Shown here piece by piece: positions 17,412-26,150 of a stretch of 64,000 bases of DNA. The notes under the pieces were generated by a model. The model ran no database searches. It was not told the DNA's origin and saw only the letters and a list, made by a program, of their open reading frames with translations. Numbering within the stretch: position 1 is the first letter of the stretch; each line of letters starts with the position of its first letter. The translations under genes were made by a program, and so were the position numbers. Origin of the DNA: an uncultured Croceitalea sp. (GTDB lineage: Bacteria > Bacteroidota > Bacteroidia > Flavobacteriales > Flavobacteriaceae); contig CALGQU010000024.1 in the NCBI GenBank assembly GCA_937959125.1, positions 16,796-80,795 of the forward strand. The letters are read 5' to 3'.

Positions 17412-18959
17412 ATGTGGCGTAAGCGATTCCCTCTTTATAGTCTTATTGCCCTGCTCTGTTTTTTGGATTGCAAACCGGAACCTAAAACCCCATCACAACC
17501 CAAAAAAACCACAAACGCTATTTTTGAAGCCAACTGGGAGTCCATAAAGAAAAACTATTCCGACCCAAAATGGTTCAATGAAGCCAAGTTTGGCATATTT
17601 ATCCACTGGGGTGTTTATAGCGTACCGGCCCACGGTTCAGAATGGTATCCGCGTGGAATGTATATGGATGCTGCCTCCTATGACCCTAAATGGGTGCTCC
17701 AAGAAAACAAACCCAATCCTACCTATCTGTACCACAAAGAGACCTGGGGAACGCTTGAAGAATTTGGTTATAAAGACTTTATTCCCCTTTTTAAGGCGGA
17801 AGCTTTCAATGCAAAAGAATGGATACGCCTTTTTAAGGAAGCGGGCGCCAGATATGTTATTCCGGTAGCGGACCATCATGATGGCTTTGCCATGTACCGT
17901 TCCAACACTACTCCTTTCAACGCGGTCAATATGGGCCCAAAACGGGATGTTTTGGGGGAACTTTTTAAAGAGGGACGACAACAAGGGCTCATTATGGGAG
18001 CTTCATCGCATTACGCCTACAACTGGACCTTTTATAATAAAAAGAACGATTTTGATACTATGGATCCTAAATACCGGTTGCTCTATTCTCCAAAAGGAAA
18101 GGAAAATGGGGAAGCGGTTACTGAGGAATTTAAGGCGTTATGGTGGCGGCGAACAACGGATCTTATAGACAACTACGAACCCGATATCCTTTGGTTCGAT
18201 TTTTATCTGGATATTCCTGATTTTGCCGAACTACGACCTAAAATTGCGGCCTATTATTACAACAAAGGTTTGGAATGGGGTAAGAAAGTGGTCATCAATG
18301 ACAAGAATTTTGAACACGAAGCCTTTCCTAAGGGAACGGTCATTTATGATCTGGAACGCGGCAAACTCCCGGGCATACATGAACTGCCTTGGCAGACGGA
18401 TACTTCCATAGGCAAAAATTCATGGGGATATGTCACCAACTGGCAGTCAAAAACAACCAACGAACTGGTGGACGACCTTGTTGATATCGTCTCCAAAAAT
18501 GGGAACCTATTGCTAAATGTGGGTCCAAAAGCAGATGGCACTATTCCCGATGACCAGAAATTAGTGCTTAAAGAAATGGGTAACTGGCTCGCCATTAATG
18601 GGGAAGCTATTTACAAAACATCACCTTGGAAAACCTATGGAGAAGGACCCACTGCCGTCAACAAAGGACATCATACCGAGGGAAGGAACAGTGGCTTTAC
18701 TAGCAAGGACATCCGGTTTACCAAAAAGGACGGGGTACTTTATGCCATACTTCTGGCTTGGCCAAATAAAGGGAGTATTGAAATCCGCTCACTGAACCAA
18801 AAACATTTAGAGAAGAGAGTGAACTCTATTTCTCTTTTAGGGTCTGACCAAGAGCTTAGCTTCAAGCAATTTGGGGATAGGCTTTTGATACAAGGTTTTG
18901 TAGAAAAAAGTGGGGATTTTGCCCATGTGTTAAAGCTTACCTTTAGTACAACGGAGTAA
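17412..18959 (+). CDS. GH29 alpha-L-fucosidase family enzyme
   Basis: 515 aa. N-terminal signal, FGIFIHWGVYSVPAHGSEWYPRGMY and DHHDGFAMY motifs, and a C-terminal beta-sandwich. Confidence 0.85.
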   Translation: MWRKRFPLYSLIALLCFLDCKPEPKTPSQPKKTTNAIFEANWESIKKNYSDPKWFNEAKFGIFIHWGVYSVPAHGSEWYPRGMYMDAASYDPKWVLQENKPNPTYLYHKETWGTLEEFGYKDFIPLFKAEAFNAKEWIRLFKEAGARYVIPVADHHDGFAMYRSNTTPFNAVNMGPKRDVLGELFKEGRQQGLIMGASSHYAYNWTFYNKKNDFDTMDPKYRLLYSPKGKENGEAVTEEFKALWWRRTTDLIDNYEPDILWFDFYLDIPDFAELRPKIAAYYYNKGLEWGKKVVINDKNFEHEAFPKGTVIYDLERGKLPGIHELPWQTDTSIGKNSWGYVTNWQSKTTNELVDDLVDIVSKNGNLLLNVGPKADGTIPDDQKLVLKEMGNWLAINGEAIYKTSPWKTYGEGPTAVNKGHHTEGRNSGFTSKDIRFTKKDGVLYAILLAWPNKGSIEIRSLNQKHLEKRVNSISLLGSDQELSFKQFGDRLLIQGFVEKSGDFAHVLKLTFSTTE

Positions 18960-18984
18960 CATCTGTTTTATCCCTATTTCTGGT

Positions 18985-21900
18985 TCAATGGGTCTTGTCC
19001 ACAAGGTTCAACGGGTATACACTATCCTCATACATCGTGCCATCGCTTGAGGTAAAGGTCACCCGTAATTGATAAAACTGACCCTCTGGCAAGTTGGAAG
19101 TTGGTATATAATCTTCTAACGAAAACCTTTGGGTTACTTTACCCGTAGTTGTCCCCAATGCGGTTTCATCGACCAAAACCACATCTTTAATGGGAATCCA
19201 TTTGTTCTTAAAATGACGTAACCAAATCCGCACCCCACCTTCGTCTGCATGGATAACCTCGTTATTGGAACCTGCATGGTATTCCACGGCAACCGTAAGG
19301 TTCCCATTAGTACTTAGCGTACCCAATTTCTCTTTATCCAAAATTTTAACATAAGGGGCGATGTATGGTTTTACATTAAGCGATATCGTTGCCGATAGGC
19401 CTGCATTGGTACGCGCCGTGATTAAGGCTTCGCCAGCTTTGATTGCCGTTATGACGCCTAGGGAATCAACGGTGGCCACCGCTGGATCACTACTGGACCA
19501 CGATATTTTTTTGTCATCGGCATGGGTAGGTGTTATTGTTGGGTATACCGTATGCTGTTGATCCTCCAACAGGACTAGGGACTGAGGTATTGCAAGTTTC
19601 TCCACAGGCTGTGCAAACCAATCTACAATGATTAGTCGATGGGTAGTCGATACTCCATTGGCAGCGCTTTTTACTGAAATTTCTGCCGATTCACCCACCG
19701 CGCCCAAGGCGGTGACGACTCCCTTGTCATCTACTTTTAAAATGGAAGTATCGCTTGAGGACCAAATCACATTTTTATTGGCATTTGATGGGGAAACGGT
19801 ATGTTCCAAGGGCAATAAAGTTCCTTCCCTAATAGTGTTTTCAGATGTCCTAACGGTTATGTTTTCTGGATCTACACTATCAGTATCCAATAAGATATTA
19901 ACCGGTTTATCTTTTATGATTACCGTCTCGCCATTACGCCACCGTACCGTCATACGTTCAATGCGTTCTATTTTACCCAAGCCAAAATGCACAATTTGCA
20001 AAAGGCTTTGTGAAAAGACTTCCCCAGCTGACCCTACCCTCTTTTGGTAGGTTCCACCTTCGGTTTCAACCACTACGGTGGCGGATAGTGGATCTATATT
20101 GGATATAGGGGCATAACCGACCCGTACCAATATGGAATTCCCCTTGCCGGGAAGCTCATTTTCATAAAGGTACCACTGACCGCCTTCACTGCCATTGAGC
20201 AAATCCAAGTCACCGTCAAGGTCAAAATCAAAGGCCTGCCCCATATCTCCATTCCCCGGCCCACCAACAGCATTGGCGCCATGCATGGTCACCGTTTCAA
20301 ATTGGCCTTTGCCGGTATTGAGCAACATATAATCCGAAGTACGGGAACCAATGAAACCCCAACGATACACAAAGATATCTTGAAAGCTATCGTTATTGAA
20401 ATCCCCCACGGTGACCCCAAGGGAATTACCTCCGGAAGGCAAATTCCAATCAGTAGAAACTTCCGTGAAAACCCCATTGTCATTGCGTAGCAAGACATCG
20501 GCTTCATTTCTATTCTGGGGTTCAAAATTTGGTGTAACATCAAGCACCCCTGAAAGACTAAAGCGATACGACCAAAAAAGGTCACCGTTCCTCACCAAAG
20601 CGGCCTTCCATTTGTTTTGGCCCACATAACCAAAATACAGTCCATTTTTTGAAATATCATCTGGCCATCCCTTGGCTATTGAACTATCAAATTCTAGTTC
20701 TTCACCAGAGGATAGTTGATGTTCCTTTTTTTTATCCCCAAGAAAAATGGAATACACCTCCCCTTTGAACCCCCCTTGGCTCAAATAATAATAATTGTGC
20801 AGTTTAATGGTATCCCCAGCCACAAAATCAAAGGTATCCACGCCCTTAAATCCTCTTGATTTTATGGCCATTTCTTTTTGTAGGGGATCCACGTCCAAGG
20901 ATGGGGCTTCTCCCTTGCCATTTTCAAATTCCTTTCCCCTTGCCAAGTATAGGTCCAAATCCCCGTCATTGTCAATATCGATATCGGCAAGAGCCATAAC
21001 CTGATTGTATTCCGGCACCATTTCCAAAGCTTGGGAGCTCACATCAGTAAAAGTAAAATCCCCATTCCCCAACCATATGGATAGGGGGCCGTACAAAATG
21101 ATATCGTCAATGTGATCCCCATTGATGTCCGTAACCAATGCCCGTGATTGATGGGTATCCTGTATGCCAACCACTTCCTTAAATCTAAAACTGCCATCCC
21201 CAATATTTTCATAAAAGAAATGTTGGGGTTTTTCTTTTTTTAGTCCGGTTTCGTTGATCAACATAAAATCCAAATCCCCATCCAAGTCCATATCGGACCA
21301 GCGTGCCGTCCTTCCCCTACCACCACGGTCAATACCAACATCTCCCGTAAAGCGTATTAGATTGGAATTGTCATTTTTATAAAAACTTGCTTTGGATGGG
21401 TTATTGCCATTACCACCACCCTTGGTCAAAATAAGGTCCAAATCCCCATCATTGTCATAATCTGCGGCAGCGGTACCGTGCAAATCCTGCATAAACCAAC
21501 GGGATAGGTCCTTACCATGTTTGGTCACCGTACCATCACCATTGTTCCAGTAGAGTTTACTGGTCTCTTCGTTGTGGTTGTTGACGATAAAATCATAGTC
21601 ACCGTCCTGATCCATATCGGCAATTGTTGGACCGCCGTATTTGATGGAGTTCACTTTATCGAGACCTGCTTTGATACTGATATCCTTATACACGGGTATA
21701 TCCACATTATCCACATCCTCAAAAGTCAACTGCTTTATGTTCATATCGGCGTCCCTGACCGCCAATTTCAAGGTTATGGTGCCCAGTACTTTAAACCGGA
21801 CCAGGACAGCCAGCCTTTGATTTCCGGAAGCAGGCACGTTTAGGTTGTCGGCCAACAACTCCCCATTGGCATACATACTTAAGCTTCCATACTGGTCCAA

Positions 21901-22110
21901 ATTATTTAGGTCAATGGCCACTCGCTTTATGGTAGTCCCTTGCACATCATAGGGTATTTCCAAAGGTTCTGCCGGTACTATTTTGGTGGAAACCTTTATC
22001 GTTTTCTTGGGGATATCATTTTGGGCAGAGCTTATATAGCATGAAAAAGCTATGACAAAAAATAGCATCCATTTGGTTGGAAACATGGGGTTTTTAAAAA
22101 AATTGCGCAT
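18985..22110 (-). CDS. FG-GAP/VCBS beta-propeller + ASPIC/UnbV + 2x Big_2 secreted protein
   Basis: 1041 aa. At least 7 Ca-type DxDxDGDxD repeats (DMDQDGDYDF, DYDNDGDLDL, DMDLDGDLDF, DIDNDGDLDL, DFDLDGDLDL...) and an UnbV-like MTVRWRNGETV. Two Ig-like Big_2 units (VIWSSSDTSILKVDDKGVVTALG; ISWSSSDPAVATVDSLGVITAIK). Confidence 0.75.
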   Translation of the reverse strand: MRNFFKNPMFPTKWMLFFVIAFSCYISSAQNDIPKKTIKVSTKIVPAEPLEIPYDVQGTTIKRVAIDLNNLDQYGSLSMYANGELLADNLNVPASGNQRLAVLVRFKVLGTITLKLAVRDADMNIKQLTFEDVDNVDIPVYKDISIKAGLDKVNSIKYGGPTIADMDQDGDYDFIVNNHNEETSKLYWNNGDGTVTKHGKDLSRWFMQDLHGTAAADYDNDGDLDLILTKGGGNGNNPSKASFYKNDNSNLIRFTGDVGIDRGGRGRTARWSDMDLDGDLDFMLINETGLKKEKPQHFFYENIGDGSFRFKEVVGIQDTHQSRALVTDINGDHIDDIILYGPLSIWLGNGDFTFTDVSSQALEMVPEYNQVMALADIDIDNDGDLDLYLARGKEFENGKGEAPSLDVDPLQKEMAIKSRGFKGVDTFDFVAGDTIKLHNYYYLSQGGFKGEVYSIFLGDKKKEHQLSSGEELEFDSSIAKGWPDDISKNGLYFGYVGQNKWKAALVRNGDLFWSYRFSLSGVLDVTPNFEPQNRNEADVLLRNDNGVFTEVSTDWNLPSGGNSLGVTVGDFNNDSFQDIFVYRWGFIGSRTSDYMLLNTGKGQFETVTMHGANAVGGPGNGDMGQAFDFDLDGDLDLLNGSEGGQWYLYENELPGKGNSILVRVGYAPISNIDPLSATVVVETEGGTYQKRVGSAGEVFSQSLLQIVHFGLGKIERIERMTVRWRNGETVIIKDKPVNILLDTDSVDPENITVRTSENTIREGTLLPLEHTVSPSNANKNVIWSSSDTSILKVDDKGVVTALGAVGESAEISVKSAANGVSTTHRLIIVDWFAQPVEKLAIPQSLVLLEDQQHTVYPTITPTHADDKKISWSSSDPAVATVDSLGVITAIKAGEALITARTNAGLSATISLNVKPYIAPYVKILDKEKLGTLSTNGNLTVAVEYHAGSNNEVIHADEGGVRIWLRHFKNKWIPIKDVVLVDETALGTTTGKVTQRFSLEDYIPTSNLPEGQFYQLRVTFTSSDGTMYEDSVYPLNLVDKTH

Positions 22111-22246
22111 ATGTATTTTTGCTGATAACCGAACGGTTTGTGTCTTTTGATGAAATTATTGAAAACCGCCGTACCTGCGGATTATCTTACTGTACAATAA
22201 CTGAACGCTACGCTAACAGAATGGCACCATAGCTTTTAAATAGTAC

Positions 22247-23227
22247 CTAAAGCACTACCCGTAATAGGGTAGCATCATTGGTAATATAAAGTACAGTTTC
22301 ATCTTCATTAAAAGTACAGTTAGAAGTGTTTTGATGGGTTGTGATCGTTCCTAAATGCTTTCCTTTTGGGGTAACGAGCAGCACTCCATCCGGCCCTGCT
22401 AAAAAAATGACCCCACTGCTATGTATTGCCATACCGTCCAAACCTTGTTTGGAAATACTGTTGCGGACCATTTCTTCCGCATCCAATAGCATTCGTTCTT
22501 GGGAAATGCTTCCATTCCCATCTAAGGTATACGCGATAAGTTTAGAGGGTTCAGAATTGCTCAGGTACAAGGTCTTTTCATCGGGGGATAATCCTATACC
22601 ATTAGGGGTGGGCCATTTTTTGGTCAGCAAGCTTGCTCTTCCAGAAGGGGAAATACGGTACACGCCCTGAAAATCCAATTCTTTTTTAGAAGCATCCATT
22701 CCGTAATTGGGATCCGTAAAATAAATATGATCGTCCGCAGATATCACAAGGTCGTTAGGGCTATTGAACGTCTTTCCTTCAAAATGGTACGCAAGCGTAT
22801 CAAAGGTCTGCGTTTTGGCATTAAAACGAGAAACCGTCTTGTTCCCACTTTGGCACAAGACTAATTGTGCATTACGGTCCAATGTCATTCCGTTAGACCC
22901 GGATTGGTTTTCTTTATTGCCAAAATAGCCACTTGGATTTAAAAATTCTTCGACTCCATGGGTATCCTTCCATTTATAGGCAATGTTTTGCGGAACATCG
23001 GAAAAAACAAGTGCCGCTTCCTTTGGCCACCAAACTGGGCCTTCAATCCAATCAAATCCACCTGCTAACACCTCAATCTTACTGTCTTTGGGCACATAGG
23101 AATAAAAATCGGGATGCAACACTACTAACTTCCCAATTGTTGGATAGGGTTCTTTTTTTAGTGTGCAAGATTGGGGAATACCCATTACCAAAAGCAATGT
23201 CAAAAAACCAAGTAGTGCTCGTATCAT
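22247..23227 (-). CDS. SMP-30/gluconolactonase/LRE-family lactonase with signal peptide
   Basis: 326 aa. N-terminal MIRALLGFLTLLLVMGIPQSC signal and six-bladed lactonase-type repeats (NGIGLSPDEKTLYLSNS etc.). Confidence 0.7.
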   Translation of the reverse strand: MIRALLGFLTLLLVMGIPQSCTLKKEPYPTIGKLVVLHPDFYSYVPKDSKIEVLAGGFDWIEGPVWWPKEAALVFSDVPQNIAYKWKDTHGVEEFLNPSGYFGNKENQSGSNGMTLDRNAQLVLCQSGNKTVSRFNAKTQTFDTLAYHFEGKTFNSPNDLVISADDHIYFTDPNYGMDASKKELDFQGVYRISPSGRASLLTKKWPTPNGIGLSPDEKTLYLSNSEPSKLIAYTLDGNGSISQERMLLDAEEMVRNSISKQGLDGMAIHSSGVIFLAGPDGVLLVTPKGKHLGTITTHQNTSNCTFNEDETVLYITNDATLLRVVL

Positions 23228-23230
23228 ACC

Positions 23231-23860
23231 TTACGAAAATAACTGTTTGAACTCCAATAAATGCTGTTCCAAACCATTCCAATCCTCCTTTTTAATCAAT
23301 TCATCCTTGAACAAAAAACCACCCATTCCAAAGGCTTTGGCCCCTGCATCAATATATTCGGGGACATTGATTGTGGTAACCCCACCTGTGGGCATCAGTT
23401 CTAAATGGTCCAAAGGAGCCAACACATCCTTGATATATTTGGGGCCCAAAGTGCTTGCCGGAAATACCTTGACCATCCTGGCGCCAGCTTTAGCGGCCTT
23501 AAAGATTTCGGTGGGCGAATACGCTCCCGGAAAAATAGGGAGCCCTTTAGCAACACAATGGGCAATTACATTTTCATCCACCACAGGCGATACCATAAAT
23601 TGCGCACCTGCCTTATGTACCAAACCTACTTCTTTTATGGTAGTGACCGTTCCCGCACCAATATTCAATCTCCCGGAAAACTGTTTGGAAACCTCAGCGA
23701 TAATCTCCAAAACATTGGGGGTGTTCATGGTAATTTCAATATTGGTATAGCCCGTTGCCGCATAAATTTTTACAATTTTAAGTACCTGTTCTTTGCTATA
23801 CCCCCGTAAAATACCCACCACGGGAACTCTTGTAAACAAGGATTCAGAAAATGCCGTCAT
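23231..23860 (-). CDS. dgoA: 2-dehydro-3-deoxy-6-phosphogalactonate (KDPGal)/KDPG aldolase
   Basis: 209 aa Eda-family TIM barrel (VVGILRG..., GAGTV, KVFPA, PTGGV). ATGA overlap with dgoK upstream. Confidence 0.75.
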   Translation of the reverse strand: MTAFSESLFTRVPVVGILRGYSKEQVLKIVKIYAATGYTNIEITMNTPNVLEIIAEVSKQFSGRLNIGAGTVTTIKEVGLVHKAGAQFMVSPVVDENVIAHCVAKGLPIFPGAYSPTEIFKAAKAGARMVKVFPASTLGPKYIKDVLAPLDHLELMPTGGVTTINVPEYIDAGAKAFGMGGFLFKDELIKKEDWNGLEQHLLEFKQLFS

Positions 23861-24828
23861 ATCTTTTTATTGGTTTGATGTATTAGTGCTGCGTGTGCTT
23901 TGGGAACCGCTTTGTCCATGACTTTGGCCGTCACCGTTTGGACCATCAATGTTGAATCTATGGTATCCAAAGCACTTTTATAAAGCTCCAGTAATTTTGA
24001 ATCTCCCATAAGGACCAGGGGCTGCCCATTAGTATGTAAGGATCTCAATTCCGTTCCGATCAGTAGCCCGCTTAAATATGCTTGATTCTCTTCATGCCCT
24101 TGATTTTGTAATAAATCCAATGTCCGTACCCGAAAAAAATGGTGCAATAGATTGCCCGTTAACGCCTTTTCCACGCCCTTTGAAAAGTTAGTATTTGGAA
24201 CAACCGAAGGGGAGGCATTGCACATTGAACTTTTTAAAACGCTCTGGTTTTTCATCAAACCAAAAACTTCCCCGGTCATATAGGTCTTAAACTGGTTCAC
24301 CGTCCCATTTTCAATCGTAATATGTTTGGAATGTGTTCCCGGAAGGATGCAATATGCATTTTTTGGAAGCACATCCGCCAAGCCTAAAAGTTGTATTTCT
24401 TCGCCCCGCATCACATCCGTTTCCGTTTTTAGACCACCAACGATACAAACGGGGTTTGAAAAGCTATTGGATGCTTCCAAAAAAATATGATCAAGCTTGG
24501 GCGTATGGATGGCCAAAGGAAGTTCCGTGTATGGAATTTCCAACATCCCAATACTGGAAGAAACCATCCCTGAAGCCACTACAATAATCCCATCTAAGTC
24601 CAAACCGCTTTTTTGGGCCAAAGCCGCAATACCTTTGGCCAGAACGGCTCTAAAATAATCGGTTTGATCGGGTGCTGGCTTTTCTTCTTTCCACATGGCA
24701 TACGTAGTGGCAATACCCCAAGGTCTTTCCAAGGTTTCGCGTATGCATAAGGATGCCTTTTCTACCAAGTACAGTCTAAAATTACTGGTCCCCCAATCGC
24801 AACTTATCATATGGGTTGCCGCAATCAC
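23857..24828 (-). CDS. dgoK: 2-dehydro-3-deoxygalactonokinase
   Basis: CDWGTSNFRLYLV, VMRGEEIQLLG, PGTHSKH and MTGEVF line up with E. coli DgoK motifs (IDWGSTNLR, VMRGEETQLIG, PGTHCKW, MTGELH). The start at 24828 is GTG (GTGA overlap with the MFS stop); an alternative ATG lies at 24810. Confidence 0.85.
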   Translation of the reverse strand: MIAATHMISCDWGTSNFRLYLVEKASLCIRETLERPWGIATTYAMWKEEKPAPDQTDYFRAVLAKGIAALAQKSGLDLDGIIVVASGMVSSSIGMLEIPYTELPLAIHTPKLDHIFLEASNSFSNPVCIVGGLKTETDVMRGEEIQLLGLADVLPKNAYCILPGTHSKHITIENGTVNQFKTYMTGEVFGLMKNQSVLKSSMCNASPSVVPNTNFSKGVEKALTGNLLHHFFRVRTLDLLQNQGHEENQAYLSGLLIGTELRSLHTNGQPLVLMGDSKLLELYKSALDTIDSTLMVQTVTAKVMDKAVPKAHAALIHQTNKKI

Positions 24829-26132
24829 GATAGTTGCCGTTTTTTTGGTTCAATGCGCTGTACCTTACCTATTAAAAAGAGGTAACTACAAAAACCTACG
24901 AATGCCAACGCCCCAATGTAAAACAGGGCAGGCTCAAAATTGCCATCTTCCACCAAAAATCCAATAATAATAGGGGTTGCCGCCGCAGAAAGCCCACCAA
25001 TAAAATTGAAAACACCCCCAATGAGACCAATCAGGTTTTTAGGGGCCAATAAGGAGACAAATACCCAGCCAATGGATGCTAGACCGTTGCCAAAAAAAGC
25101 AACGGAAAGACAAAAAATGATGAGTGTCGTATTGTTCGTGTAATTGGCACCAATAATGGCCATGGACAATAGCATACCCACTAAAATGGGGGCTTTGCGG
25201 GCCAACTCATTGGACCATCCTTTTCTCACCAAAAAATCCGAGGTAAAGCCGGATAATAAAACGCCGACAAAGGCAGCCAAAAAAGGTAGGGATGCCAAAA
25301 ATCCCGACTGTATAAAATCCAATCCCCTATAGTTCACCAAATAGGTAGGAAACCAGGTCAAGAAAAAAATGAACAAGGAACCCAAACAAAATTGCCCTAT
25401 ATAAATTCCCCATAATTTACGGTATGAAAACGCCTGTAAGAGTGCTTCCCAAGAAAATTCCTTCTTCACTTTCTTTTGGGTCGCGTCTTCCACTAGGCCT
25501 CCCCCATCGGAAATATAATCCAGTTCCGCTTGGTTGGCTTTTTCATGTTTGCCGGGGTCCCGATATCCTTCATACCAAATAATCGCCCAAAGGATTCCTA
25601 CCATTCCAGAAACAATGAACAATCCTCGCCAACCCACATAACTTTGAATGAGCACCAGTACAGGGGTCAAAAAGGCCAATCCAATGAACTGTCCGGATGT
25701 ATACACGGCAATGGCACTGGCACGCTCCTTCTCTGGAAACCAACTTGTCACAATTTTATTGTTTATGGGATAGGAAGGGGCCTCAAAAGCCCCAATAGCT
25801 GCACGGCAACCTATCAACGCCGCTAAAGAACCCACAAACCCCTGGACTAAAGTAGCTAGGGACCAAAGCGAAAGAATAACAGGATACAGGATACGTGGCT
25901 TAACATAATCCGTTAAGACGCCTCCGGGAATTTGCAATGCGGAATACGTCCATGCAAAAGCGGAAAACAACAAGCCCAATTGCACTGTGCTCAAATCCAA
26001 ATCCCCACCAATAGCCCCCGCCGCAATGGAAATGTTACTACGATCCAAATAATTGATGACAACTGTAATGAATACATAAAACAGCATGGTATACCGCTTT
26101 TTGGTAGGTTTTGATTTGGTCGTTGTCGTCAT
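24825..26132 (-). CDS. MFS anion:cation symporter (ACS family; galactonate/hexuronate transporter-like)
   Basis: 435 aa, 12 TM. The N-terminal YLDRSNISIAAG...LLFSAFAWTYSALQIPGG signature is typical of DgoT/ExuT-type transporters. Confidence 0.75.
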   Translation of the reverse strand: MTTTTKSKPTKKRYTMLFYVFITVVINYLDRSNISIAAGAIGGDLDLSTVQLGLLFSAFAWTYSALQIPGGVLTDYVKPRILYPVILSLWSLATLVQGFVGSLAALIGCRAAIGAFEAPSYPINNKIVTSWFPEKERASAIAVYTSGQFIGLAFLTPVLVLIQSYVGWRGLFIVSGMVGILWAIIWYEGYRDPGKHEKANQAELDYISDGGGLVEDATQKKVKKEFSWEALLQAFSYRKLWGIYIGQFCLGSLFIFFLTWFPTYLVNYRGLDFIQSGFLASLPFLAAFVGVLLSGFTSDFLVRKGWSNELARKAPILVGMLLSMAIIGANYTNNTTLIIFCLSVAFFGNGLASIGWVFVSLLAPKNLIGLIGGVFNFIGGLSAAATPIIIGFLVEDGNFEPALFYIGALAFVGFCSYLFLIGKVQRIEPKKRQLS

Positions 26133-26150
26133 AGGTGTGATGTTGAAAGC

